A stretch of 64,000 nt of DNA from an uncultured Acidobacteriaceae bacterium (GTDB taxonomy: Bacteria > Acidobacteriota > Terriglobia > Terriglobales > Acidobacteriaceae): the NCBI GenBank assembly GCA_963744265.1, contig CAVUSW010000010.1, forward strand, positions 316,147 to 380,146. The letters run 5' to 3'. Shown piece by piece: positions 32,205 to 42,221 of the stretch (within the stretch, counting starts at the first letter, position 1; every line of letters starts with the position of its first letter). Under the pieces are notes generated by a model. The model was given only the letters and a program-made list of their open reading frames with translations, searched no databases and was not told the DNA's origin. A program made the position numbers and the translations under genes.

Positions 32205-33677
32205 ATGCCCGCACTAGTCGAATGTGTACCCAATTTCTCTGAAGGGCGCGACAAGGCTAAAGTCGACGCCATTATCGAAGCGATGAAGATGGATGGCGTT
32301 TATCTACTTGACCGCGAGATGGACGCCGACCACAACCGTTGCGTAATCACCCTGGTGGGCGATCCGGTGAACGTAGCCGAGGCTGCCATTCGCGGTGTGG
32401 GCAAGGCAGCCGAACTCATCGACCTGACCAAGCACACCGGCGCTCATCCCCGGTTGGGCGCGGCCGACGTGATTCCGTTTATTCCCATCGAAGGCGTGAC
32501 CCTGGAAGATTGTGTGGCCATTGCCCGCCGTGTCGGCGAAGAGATTTGGAAGCGCTACAAGGTTCCGGTGTACTTGTATGAGGCCGCCGCACAGATGCCC
32601 GAGCGCCAGAACCTGGAGAATGTCCGCCGCGGTCAATTTGAGGGCATTCGCGAAGAGGTAAGGATCAATCCGGCGCGGAAGCCTGACTTCGGCGAGGCGG
32701 CCCTACATTCCACCGCGGGAGCGACCGTGGTGGGCGCGCGTAAGTTTCTGGTCGCCTATAACGTCTACCTCAACACGCCGGACGTTGAGATAGCCAAGAA
32801 GATTGGCAAAGCTGTGCGCTTCTCCAATGGCGGCCTTCGCTACGTGAAAGGGATGGGAGTAGGGGTGCGCGGCCTGGCGCAGGTTTCCATGAATCTGACT
32901 GATACCGATCAGACGCCGATCGCTCGTGTGTATGAATACGTCAAGCGCGAAGCTGCGCGGTATGGCGTGATGCCCCTATCGAGCGAGATTGTCGGACTAA
33001 TTCCGAAGAAGGCGCTGGAAGACGCGGCTGAATGGTGTCTGCAGATCGAGAATTTCGACTCGTCGCTGATTCTGGAGAACCGGCTGGTAGCCGTCATGAC
33101 CGGCAAAATGGCGGTCGGGGGGATTCGGGCCGGAGTCGAGCCTTTCGTCGAGCAGTTGGCTGCGCCTACGGCAGCGCCGGGAGGTGGCTCTGCATCGGCC
33201 GCTACGGCAGCGATGGCGGCGGCGTTAGGCAGCATGGTGGCAGGAATGTCTCGCGGCAAGAAGGCCTACGCGCAGTATGAGCGCCCGCTGAGCGATGCGC
33301 TGGCACGGTTGGCCGAGTTGCGCGAGCAGTTCAAAGTGGCAATCGATGCCGATGCCGAGTCGTTCGACGAAGTGATGGCAGCATTCAAGAAGGCGAAAGA
33401 TCATCCGGAGGCGCAGGCGGAGGTAGAGGTGGCGACGAAGAAGGCGACGTTGATTCCTCTGGTGGTCGCCGAGCGGGCCAGGGAAGTGTGGCAGATCATC
33501 GAATCGCTGCGGCCGATGACGAATCCGCGAATGGCTTCGGACTTGACCGTAGGAGTATCCCTGGCGCGGGCCGCCGCTGAAGGGGCGCTCGCCAACGTGG
33601 AGATCAACTTGAACGACATCAGGGATGACGCGTTTCTAGCTGATGTGAGGCAGAGGGTGGCAGCGGTTAGGAGCTAG
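32205..33677 (+). CDS. ftcD: Bifunctional glutamate formimidoyltransferase / formimidoyl-THF cyclodeaminase (fused)
   Basis: N-terminus MPALVECVPNFSEGRD. A C-terminal all-helical cyclodeaminase-like domain with an Ala/Gly-rich segment lies in the same frame. About 490 aa. Confidence 0.75.
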   Translation: MPALVECVPNFSEGRDKAKVDAIIEAMKMDGVYLLDREMDADHNRCVITLVGDPVNVAEAAIRGVGKAAELIDLTKHTGAHPRLGAADVIPFIPIEGVTLEDCVAIARRVGEEIWKRYKVPVYLYEAAAQMPERQNLENVRRGQFEGIREEVRINPARKPDFGEAALHSTAGATVVGARKFLVAYNVYLNTPDVEIAKKIGKAVRFSNGGLRYVKGMGVGVRGLAQVSMNLTDTDQTPIARVYEYVKREAARYGVMPLSSEIVGLIPKKALEDAAEWCLQIENFDSSLILENRLVAVMTGKMAVGGIRAGVEPFVEQLAAPTAAPGGGSASAATAAMAAALGSMVAGMSRGKKAYAQYERPLSDALARLAELREQFKVAIDADAESFDEVMAAFKKAKDHPEAQAEVEVATKKATLIPLVVAERAREVWQIIESLRPMTNPRMASDLTVGVSLARAAAEGALANVEINLNDIRDDAFLADVRQRVAAVRS

Positions 33678-33879
33678 TGCCTTCAACGGCGACAACGCTG
33701 CTGCGGAAGGATAATTCGAGAGGGTGATGTAGCGGACCCGCCACGTCCGGGTTGTCGAACTCGGAAGGCTCATGTTTGCGACCGGGCGGCGTCTAACCGA
33801 TACGCGCGGCGCGATCGCCGCCAGTCCGCAAGCAACAATGGGACTAAATTGGGCATCTCTGCTGACATTGTTAGGTAGA

Positions 33880-34825
33880 ATGATGAACATGAAGCAGTTC
33901 CTTACCTGTCTCTTTCTGAGCGGCGCGATGTGTCTGCCCGCGTCTGCCGCGCCTTTGAGCAGCAATGCTCGGACGGTCGTCCCGTCGGCGGTGCAGCAGA
34001 TCATCTCGGTCGACTACCCGCGCGCTGCGCAACTCGCAGGCGGCGCAAGCTTTGCGCGATCGCATCCTGCCCGACAACATCAAGCAGTTTGAAACAGCGC
34101 TGAAGGGCGCGGGGATCGATCCTGACAAGGACATCGAGCAGCTTACATTCGTCAGCTATCGCGCGGCGAAAGGGACGCTCTACGGAATCGGGATCGCGCA
34201 GGGGCCGTTCAAGCAGAAGGAATTTCTGCAGAAGATGCGGCTCAAGAAGATCAAGCCGGAAAAGTATCTTTTGTCGAATATCTATCCCATGGGATCGGGA
34301 ATGCAGATGGTCTTCCTCGATCCAACGACCATTCTGTTCGGCGAGAATGCCGCCATCAAGGGCGCCATCGATGTGCGCGATAACGGGGCGGAATCGGTGG
34401 TGTCGAACACCACGATCAACGACCTGATTACCAGTGTGCAAGACTCGCCGGTGTGGAGCGTGCTGGACCAGGCGGGCACGCAGAACATGATGCGGTCGGC
34501 GCTGGGCCAGGCGGCATCGCTGGCTGACTACGATGTGATCAAGAAGCGTCTGCTGGCGTCGGATTACGTAATGGACTTCACCAATGGCGTGACCTTTGAC
34601 CTCAGCGTCAAGACGTCGGATACGGTAACGGCTGCCACTTTGTCGGGGCTGCTGAAGGCGGGAGTCCTGTACCGCAAGATGAGCGGCACTCCGACCGAGA
34701 AGATGGCGCTGGAAAACACCACGGTCGACAGCTCGAATGATTTGCTGCAAATGCACTTCAAGGCTGACGATCAGCGCTTCGAGGCATTGTTGAAGTCGGA
34801 TTTATTTGCCGCAGTGGCGAAATAG
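33880..34825 (+). pseudogene. Secreted hypothetical protein, with one frame break
   Basis: Signal peptide MMNMKQFLTCLFLSGAMCLPASA. The break near 34015 separates ..QQIISVDY from RALRNSQAAQALRD.. Confidence 0.5.
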
Positions 34826-34873
34826 GGTACCGGTGACCTGATCTTTTCCTGAGCCGCTATAATTCATGCCCTG

Positions 34874-36071
34874 ATGCAGAGCTTCTTTGCCCGGCGCACT
34901 TCCTGGAATCTCGCCACCAATCGCTACACGGAAGCGCTGGAGGCGCATCGCCGGGCGGGCAGGGAACTGCTCGATCTCACCGCTTCCAACCCAACGACGT
35001 TGGATTGCAGTATCGCGAAGAGAATTGCTGCGCGCGCTGGCTCGTCCCGAAGCGCTGACTTACGATCCGCAGCCTAAGGGGTTGCTCGCGGCTCGGGAGG
35101 CAATTGCGGGTTATTACGCGGAGCGCGGAAGCCCCGTCTCTCCAGGCGATCTGATCCTAACTACCAGTACCAGCGAAGCCTACTCGTTCGTCTTCCGGCT
35201 GTTGTGCGACCCGGGAGACGCAGTCTTGGTTCCGACGCCCAGCTACCCGCTGTTCGATTTTCTCGCCGCCCTGCAAGATGTGACGCTGGTTCCTTACGAG
35301 TTGATCTATGACCACGGCTGGCAGATGGACGTTCCTTCCTTGCAGGCTGCTCTCGAGCGAGCCAAGGCGAAGGGTGCAAGATGCCGTGCTGTGCTCGTCG
35401 TACATCCCAACAATCCCACAGGGTCGTATGTAAAGCCGCACGAGGCGGAGGAACTGAATCGGATCTGCGCGTACAACGATCTGGCGATCATCGCGGACGA
35501 AGTTTTTCTCGACTATCCGCTAGGCAAAGAATCGCCGCTAACCTTTTCGGCGAATCGCGACGTGCTGACATTCACGCTGAGTGGGCTGTCGAAGGTTTCC
35601 GGGCTGCCGCAGATGAAAGTTGCCTGGATCGCGGTCAGCGGACCAGAGGCGCTGAAGGCGGCGGCCTTGGCGCGGCTGGAGGTGATTGCCGACACCTATC
35701 TCTCCATGAATGCCCCGGTGCAGTGGGCGATTCCCGCTATGCTCGGGGAGCGGCATAGCATTCACGCGCAGCTGATGCGACGCATCCGGGAAAATCTGAC
35801 GGGACTGGATGAGCAGTTATCCACTCAGAAGCTCTGCAATCGTCTCGAAGTCGAAGGTGGTTGGTATGCCGTGTTGCGGGTTCCGGCGACCGGCTCCGAT
35901 GAGGATCTTGCGATCGCGTTGCTGCAGGCGACGGGAGTGCTGCTGCAACCTGGACATTTCTACGACTTTGCCGGGGATGGGCATCCGGTAGTCAGCCTGA
36001 TTACACCCGCGGACGTGTTTCGGACGGGCATGGCCAGGATTTTGAAACATATTGCAACCGCTGCCGGCTGA
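34874..36071 (+). pseudogene. Class I/II PLP-dependent aminotransferase (alanine/aspartate type), with two indels near the 5' end
   Basis: ..LDLTASNPTT / GLQYREE / LLRALARPEALTYDPQPKGL.. is spread over three frames (about 35000 and about 35022). PLP lysine motif SGLSKVSGLPQMK. Confidence 0.8.
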
Positions 36072-36099
36072 GGCTCGTCCAGATAGGTGTGCTTACCGC

Positions 36100-36127
36100 G
36101 AGTGCAAATGATTGCACTCAGGTTTTA
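36100..36127 (+). terminator. Stem-loop with a short T-tract after the aminotransferase gene
   Basis: GAGTGCAA-atga-TTGCACTC at 36100-36119 is followed by aggTTTTa. Confidence 0.5.
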
Positions 36128-36194
36128 CCTGATGGGGAATTCGGTCACTACCCCATCCCCAATCGCAGCGACGGAACGGTATAATTAAACGCCT

Positions 36195-37172
36195 GTGCTT
36201 AAGTACTCCATCGTCGTGCCGTTCCACAACGAAGAAGAGAATGTCACCGAACTTTACGACCGCCTGAAGGTCGTGATGGAAGCGGCGGGCGAGTCGTTCG
36301 AATTGGTCTTCGTCGACGATGGCAGCCAAGACAACACATTCTGGATGTTGCAGCAGATTGCGGCCGTAGACCGTCGGGTGGTGGTAGTTAAGCTGCGCCG
36401 GAATTTTGGACAGACTTCGGCGCTGGCGGCAGGCTTCGATCACGCTGAAGGCGAATACGTCATCGCCATGGATGGCGACCTGCAACACGATCCTCACGAC
36501 ATTCCAATGTTCCTGCAGAAACTGCGGGAGGGATACGACATCGTCAGCGGCTGGCGCAAACAGCGGATCGACAATTTTGTTCTGCGACGGATTCCGTCCA
36601 AGATCGCCAATTGGCTGATGGCCAAGCTGAGCGGCGTGGAGCTGCACGATTTCGGCACAACTTTCAAGGCTTATCGCCGCGAAGTGGTGCAGGAAGTTCC
36701 GCTCTACGGCGAACTGCACCGCTTTATTCCCGCGCTAGCGTCAGCTTACGGCGCGACCATTTGCGAGATTCCGATTCGCAACGTGAATCGCGAGCGCGGC
36801 GAATCCCACTACGGCATCTCGCGTACCTTCCGCGTGTTCTTCGACCTGATCACGATTCGCTTTCTGCTCAAGTACATGTCGCGGCCGTTGCACTTCTTCG
36901 GCACCGTTGGAGCTCTGAGTTCGTTGAGCGGCCTGCTGCTTGCCATGTGGATGATCTCGGAGAAATTCCTTCGCGGCGTACAAGTGATGGGCGAGCATGG
37001 TCCGCTGTTGATTTTTGCTGCCGTGCTGATCCTGGCGGGCGTGCAGTTGATCGCGCTCGGACTGCTGGGGGAACTGCAAGTCCGGCACTTCCACGAGCCA
37101 TCCAAACGAGCGCCATATACGGTCGATCGCGTGCTGCGTTCCTCCCACAGCCAGGGCGCGCTGGCCGATTGA
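36195..37172 (+). CDS. Family 2 glycosyltransferase, polyprenyl-phosphate sugar transferase type (GtrB/ArnC-like)
   Basis: (M)LKYSIVVPFHNEEEN, the DxD motif in AMDGDLQHD and two C-terminal TM helices. GTG start, with TATAAT 9 nt upstream. Confidence 0.85.
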   Translation: MLKYSIVVPFHNEEENVTELYDRLKVVMEAAGESFELVFVDDGSQDNTFWMLQQIAAVDRRVVVVKLRRNFGQTSALAAGFDHAEGEYVIAMDGDLQHDPHDIPMFLQKLREGYDIVSGWRKQRIDNFVLRRIPSKIANWLMAKLSGVELHDFGTTFKAYRREVVQEVPLYGELHRFIPALASAYGATICEIPIRNVNRERGESHYGISRTFRVFFDLITIRFLLKYMSRPLHFFGTVGALSSLSGLLLAMWMISEKFLRGVQVMGEHGPLLIFAAVLILAGVQLIALGLLGELQVRHFHEPSKRAPYTVDRVLRSSHSQGALAD

Positions 37173-37173
37173 A

Positions 37174-37209
37174 GAAGTGGTTAGCGCCTAGTGGATAGTG
37201 GATAGAAAC
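37174..37209 (+). repeat. Heptanucleotide array directly after the GT2 stop codon
   Basis: GAAGTGG TTAGCGC c TAGTGGA TAGTGGA TAGAAAC. The last 16 nt are nearly identical to the end of the array at 11815-11828. Confidence 0.8.
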
Positions 37210-38235
37210 CACCAACAAGATTCACCCGCCGAGCCACCCGCCTCGATCCGTCATTTTTCCCCACAACCCACGCGCGGCTACTTCTTCATCGCTGCGGCCA
37301 CGTTTTTCTGGGGCCTCGCCGCCGCCTTGGGGCGGGGGATGTTTACAGGCAGGCTTTCGGGCGGAGCTCATGTCCTGGGCCCGATTGATCCGCTCGTACT
37401 GGCGCAGAGCCGCAGCACGATCGCCCTCCTGATCTTGGCGCCGATTCTCTTCCTGAAGAGGCGATCTACCCTGCGCGTACGCGCCCATCACCTGGCGCAA
37501 TTCTTCCTGCTGGGGATTCTCGGTCTGGCCGCCTCGAACTATTTCTATTACTTCGCCATCGAGAAGACGACGGTAGCGACGGCGATCGTGCTGCAATATG
37601 TCGCGCCAGTTTGGGTGCTACTTTACATGCTGGCCCGCGGTTTGCAGCGCGCGACCGGGCTTCGCATCAGCGGAGTCGTCCTGGCGGTGATCGGATGCGC
37701 CTTGGCAGTAGGCGAGATTGCCGTGCACCGGGGCTTCCCGTGGCTGGCTCTTTCCGGCGCACGCTTCAATTTGATCGGAGTAGTTGCGGCGGAGACGGCG
37801 GCAATTTCGTTTGCGTTCTACAACGTCTACGGACAGCACTTGCTCCAGATCTATGACCGCTGGACGGTATTGCTGTATTCATTGCTAGGCGCAAGCGTCT
37901 TCTGGCAGCTGCTGAACCCGCCGTGGAAGATTGCCGCTCAACATTACAGCGGGGGCCAATGGTTGTTCATGCTGGTTTTTTCCATTGCCTCGATGCTGAT
38001 TCCGTTCTCGCTGTACTTCACGGGACTGCAATATCTCGATCCTACGCGAGCTATTGTTACCGCGTGCCTTGAGCCGGTGTGGGCCATTCTGCTAACGGCT
38101 ATCATCCTGGGAGAATTGGTTTCGACGATTCAGGTCGTGGGCATCGTGGTGGTGCTGTCGGCGACCATCCTGGTGCAAAGGCCCGATCGCCAGACTCCGG
38201 CCGAGGCCAGAATCGCAGTCGAGCCGATTGAGTGA
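37198..38235 (+). CDS. EamA/DMT-family transporter; start uncertain because the track start lies inside the heptamer array
   Basis: Ten TM helices with EamA duplication. The GTG at 37198 is inside the repeat, so the true start is probably further downstream. Confidence 0.7.
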   Translation: MDRNHQQDSPAEPPASIRHFSPQPTRGYFFIAAATFFWGLAAALGRGMFTGRLSGGAHVLGPIDPLVLAQSRSTIALLILAPILFLKRRSTLRVRAHHLAQFFLLGILGLAASNYFYYFAIEKTTVATAIVLQYVAPVWVLLYMLARGLQRATGLRISGVVLAVIGCALAVGEIAVHRGFPWLALSGARFNLIGVVAAETAAISFAFYNVYGQHLLQIYDRWTVLLYSLLGASVFWQLLNPPWKIAAQHYSGGQWLFMLVFSIASMLIPFSLYFTGLQYLDPTRAIVTACLEPVWAILLTAIILGELVSTIQVVGIVVVLSATILVQRPDRQTPAEARIAVEPIE

Positions 38236-38247
38236 TGTCTGCCTGCA

Positions 38248-38589
38248 TTAACGAAGACCCAGCAGAATCGCCAGGTATTGACGCACTTTGCTGACTAAGG
38301 CCGGCTCAGCTTTGGAGTGGAAACTCGCCTTGCGGCCGGCCCAGTCCATGCTCTTTAACTGGTCGACGAGGACAGCGCCATCGACGTCGCCCACGGTGAC
38401 GGGAAGTGCAAAAGGATAAGCCTTACGTTTGCTGGTCAGTGGACAAACGATCGCCAAGCCACTGGCTCGATTGTAGCGTTGATCGGTAAGCACTAAGGCG
38501 GGCCGTCGTTTGGCTTGTTCCCGACCAATTTGGGGATCGAAGTTCATCATCACGATGTCTCCAGCGTCGGGAACGTACAGCATCACCAT
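38248..38589 (-). CDS. mazF: MazF/PemK-family endoribonuclease toxin
   Basis: ..PDAGDIVMMNFDPQIGREQAKRRPALVLT...CPLTSK.. It overlaps mazE by 7 nt. Confidence 0.85.
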   Translation of the reverse strand: MVMLYVPDAGDIVMMNFDPQIGREQAKRRPALVLTDQRYNRASGLAIVCPLTSKRKAYPFALPVTVGDVDGAVLVDQLKSMDWAGRKASFHSKAEPALVSKVRQYLAILLGLR

Positions 38590-38831
38590 TCAACAATTTC
38601 CTTCCCAACTTCTCCGCCGGTTGGGACCTCGGAATAACGGTTCTCCGGAGTAATTTGCGCAACCAACTGAGCCAGAGTAGGCATCTTGCTCGCTCGGCGC
38701 AGTTCCAAGCGGCCCTCGGCGGCGGCTTCAATCTCCAGGGAATCACCTTCTTTCAATTTCGCTTGCTCGACCACTGGCTTAGGGATGCGAACGGCGAGAC
38801 TGTTTCCCCATTTAACCATCTGTGCCTTCAT
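38583..38831 (-). CDS. mazE: MazE-type antitoxin (AbrB/SpoVT fold)
   Basis: MVKWGNSLAVRIPKPV swapped-hairpin motif. 82 aa. AGGAG Shine-Dalgarno sequence. Confidence 0.85.
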   Translation of the reverse strand: MKAQMVKWGNSLAVRIPKPVVEQAKLKEGDSLEIEAAAEGRLELRRASKMPTLAQLVAQITPENRYSEVPTGGEVGKEIVEW

Positions 38832-38857
38832 GACGCAGCTCCTGTTAGATGATACGA

Positions 38858-38886
38858 AGTATACTCACATGTATCTACAATGTCGA
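38858..38886 (-). promoter_or_regulatory. Candidate mazEF promoter with an embedded palindrome
   Basis: On the minus strand: TCGACA (38881-38886), a 17 nt spacer, then TATACT (38858-38863). The -10 box lies within the 8 bp palindrome AGTATACT. Confidence 0.35.
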
Positions 38887-39031
38887 TACAGAGGCCAGGC
38901 GCTCCGCCGGAAACCAAGGCAGGCATCGTCGGGGCAACGGCACCCTCGATTACGGTTACGACTTCCGCAAGTGCGTTTCATCCCGGAATTAACGCATTGC
39001 ACTCCTTCCCTATTGTTTCCCCATAGAAACC

Positions 39032-39412
39032 ATGTCATATTCCTATGGGAAAGCCAGAGGAGCCACATTGGGCGATAAGAAAGATGTATGGCAGGGAACT
39101 CTCGCGCTGATGGTGTTGAAGACCCTGGAGACAATGGGGCCGCTGCACGGATATGGGATCGCCCGCCGCATTGAGCAGACCAGTGGAAACCTGCTGTCGC
39201 TGAACTACGGCACGCTGTATCCCGCGCTGCTGAAGCTGGAGCAGGAAGGATCGATCGCTTCCGAGTGGGGCGTATCGGACAACAACCGCAAGGCCAAGTT
39301 CTACCGGCTTACGCGAGCGGGCCGGAAACAACTGCAGAATGAGGCGCGAGATTGGGAACAGACGACCGCAATCCTGGCCCGGTTCCTGTCGCCAACGGAG
39401 GACCCGGCATGA
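39032..39412 (+). CDS. PadR-family transcriptional regulator
   Basis: ..LALMVLKTLETMGPLHGYGIARRIEQTS...GTLYPALLKLEQEG.. winged-helix pattern. Its stop codon overlaps the next start codon (ATGA). Confidence 0.85.
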   Translation: MSYSYGKARGATLGDKKDVWQGTLALMVLKTLETMGPLHGYGIARRIEQTSGNLLSLNYGTLYPALLKLEQEGSIASEWGVSDNNRKAKFYRLTRAGRKQLQNEARDWEQTTAILARFLSPTEDPA

Positions 39413-42066
39413 AGCAATTACGCGCGTGGATGTTGCGGCTGGCCGGCGTTTTCTCCAAGACGCGGCGAGAAGGCGACTTTGCCGATGAGATCGAGAGCCA
39501 TCTGCAGATGCATATGGATGACAATCTGCGCGCCGGAATGACTCCCGAGCAAGCGCGGCGGGAAGCGGTTCTACAGTTAGGCGGAGTGGAACAGGCGAAG
39601 CAGGGTTATCGCGAACGCGGCACCATGCCCTGGATCGAAGACCTGGTGCAAGACCTTCGTTTTGCCCTGCGACAAGTTGTCAAGAACCCGGCTTTCGCCT
39701 GCACCGTGATTGTTGTGCTGGCTCTTGGAATGGGCGCGTGCGTGGCCATCTTCGCCTTTGTCGATGCCGCACTGCTCAAGCCCCTGCCGTACCGGCATCC
39801 CAACCGGCTGGTGAATGTGACCGAAAGCGTGGCGATGATTCCGCGTGCGAATCTCTCCTATCCCGACTACCTCGACTGGAAGAGCCGCAACGATGTGCTG
39901 AGCTCGCTGGATGTATGGGATCAGCGGGGGTACATGCTGGGCACTCCCACAGGCATACAACTCGTGCCGGGCGCCCGAGTCAGCGACGGATTCTTTCGCA
40001 CGCTGGGCGTTGCTCCGTTGCTGGGCCGCGATTTCTATGCTGGCGAAGACTTGCCCAGCGCGCCACATACCGTAATGCTGAGCTATGCCGCATGGCAGAA
40101 ATGGTTCGGCGGAAAACAAGATGTGATCGGCCAGGCGGTAACCCTGAGTGGCGATTCCTACACCATCGTCGGCAGTGCTGCCGCGCAAGCTTTCAGTTCG
40201 CGCCAGCAAATAGCGCGGAGTTCTGGACGACACTGCACGTGAAAGGCACCTGTGACCTGCGGCGAAGCTGCCACAGTCTGACTGGCGTGGCGACGGCTCA
40301 AGGATGGTGTATCGGTTGAGAAAGCCCGGACCGAAATGCAGTCGATCGCGCTACAACTGGAGAAGCAGTATCCCGACTCCAATCGCGGGCAGGGCGGCAG
40401 CGTCGATCCGTTGTCAGAAGTAATCATCGGCGACGTTCGTCCTATTCTGCTGGTGCTGCTTGCCGGAGCTGGGTTGCTGCTGGTTATTGCTTGCGTGAAT
40501 ATATCCAGCTTGCTGCTGGTCCGCTCCGAAAGCCGCCGGCGCGAGATCGCAGTGCGCGGCGCCCTGGGCGCATCGCGTCCGCGCCTGATCCGTCAATTCG
40601 TAACCGAAGGACTGGTGCTGGTCATCGCCGGAACGGCGTTGGGACTGGCATTTGCTGCCATCCTGGTGCGAGTCCTGCTGGGACTCATTACAAAAGATGT
40701 GATGTCGTACACGCCCTACCTGAGCGGATCTTGGCCTGGATCTGCGGTGCCTGGCATTTGCGGCGGTTCTCGCGCTGCTGGCCCTGGTGTTGTTCTGCAC
40801 TTGCGCCCACGTTGCGGTTAGCCGGTCGCGAACAATATGCGAGAAGGCCTGGCGGAAGGCGGCCGCACTTCGGCGGGAAACGTATGGCGCCGTCTCGGTT
40901 CCAACCTGGTCGTGGTTGAACTGGCCATGGCCGTGGTGCTGCTGGCAGCCGCAGTTCTGTTGGGAAAGAGCTTCTACCGTCTGCTGCACGTGGAACTCGG
41001 CTTCAGTGCCGATCACCTGGCAACCGTGCAGATAGCGGTGCCGCCGAATTACTCCAAAGACGAGCAGAAGTCGCAGCTCACACGGCAAATATTGGGCCGC
41101 ATCGCCAGTCTGCCGGGCGTGAAGTCCGTCGGGATCACCAGCCGCATGCCGGTGAGCTCCAATGGCAACACCACCTGGATCCGTTTTGTGGGACGAGCCA
41201 TATCACGGCGAGCACAACGAAGTGAACGAGCGCGAGGTGAGCTCTGAGTTTCTTCACACCATCCAGGCGCGGCTGTTGCGCGGCCGTTATTTCACCGAAG
41301 CCGAAGATGCGTCGAAGCCGAACGTCGTGATCATCAACCAGGCACTGGCGAAACAATATTTTCCCGGCGAAGATCCCATCGGCAAGGTGATGGGCGACAC
41401 CGAACTGTCGCAGAAATCGCTGGCCGAGATTATTGGCGTGGTGGACGACATCAAGGAAGGCGCGCTCGATTCCGAGATCTGGCCGGCCGTTTACTATCCA
41501 TTCAACCAGGGCCCCGACGATTTCTTCACCGTCTTCGTTCGTACCTCGCAATCCGAGCAGTCGCTATTGCCTACGCTGGTGACCGCGATCCATGGGATCG
41601 ATCCCGGCATTGCCGTCTTCGACGAAGCAACCATGAACCAGAGAATTCAGAATTCGCCCTCGGCCTACTTGCATCGAACTTCCGCCTGGCTGATCGGAGG
41701 CTTCGCCGTCGCTGGCATTGCTGTTGGGTGTGGTGGGACTTTACGGAGTGGTCGCCTATTCGGTAAGCCAGAGGACGCGCGAGATCGGAGTGCGTATGGC
41801 GCTGGGTGCGCAACGCGGCGCGGTATATCAGCTCATCATGAGCGAGGCCGGATGGCTGACGGGCATCGGCATCGTCGCCGGACTGGTGTGCTCCGTCGGC
41901 GCCGCGACCTTGATGCGCTAAGTTGCTGTTTGGCGTCCGCTCGTGGGATTTGTCGACCTTGGGCGGGGTTGCCGTGTTGCTGGCTGCATCAGCTTTGCTG
42001 GCCAGCTACATTCCGGCGCGGCGCGCGGCGTCGGTTAATCCGGTAGAAGCGCTGCGGGCGGAGTAG
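39409..42066 (+). pseudogene. ADOP-type (duplicated FtsX/MacB-like) ABC permease, reading frame broken at least 8 times
   Basis: N-terminus MKQLRAWMLRLAGVFSKTRREGDFADEIESHLQMH typical of the PadR-linked permeases. The two FtsX-like TM blocks are spread over all three frames. It ends ..ASYIPARRAASVNPVEALRAE*. Confidence 0.75.
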
Positions 42067-42148
42067 CAGATCCCTCGGCGGCTGAAGCCGCATAGGGATG
42101 AAAATAATAAAACAGTGACCGTATGGCGCAGGTAAAGCTGCGCCTCTT

Positions 42149-42220
42149 CAAAGCCAAGCCGTACGCCCGCAAAGCCAAGCCGTACGCCCGCAAAGCCAAG
42201 CTGCGCCCGCAAAGCCAAAC
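42149..42220. repeat. Tandem repeat: a 21 bp unit present twice, then a 19 bp variant and an 11 bp partial unit
   Basis: CAAAGCCAAGCCGTACGCCCG at 42149-42169 and 42170-42190, CAAAGCCAAGCTGCGCCCG at 42191-42209, and CAAAGCCAAAC at 42210-42220. It ends 1 nt before the fadD stop codon. Confidence 0.9.
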
Positions 42221-42221
42221 G

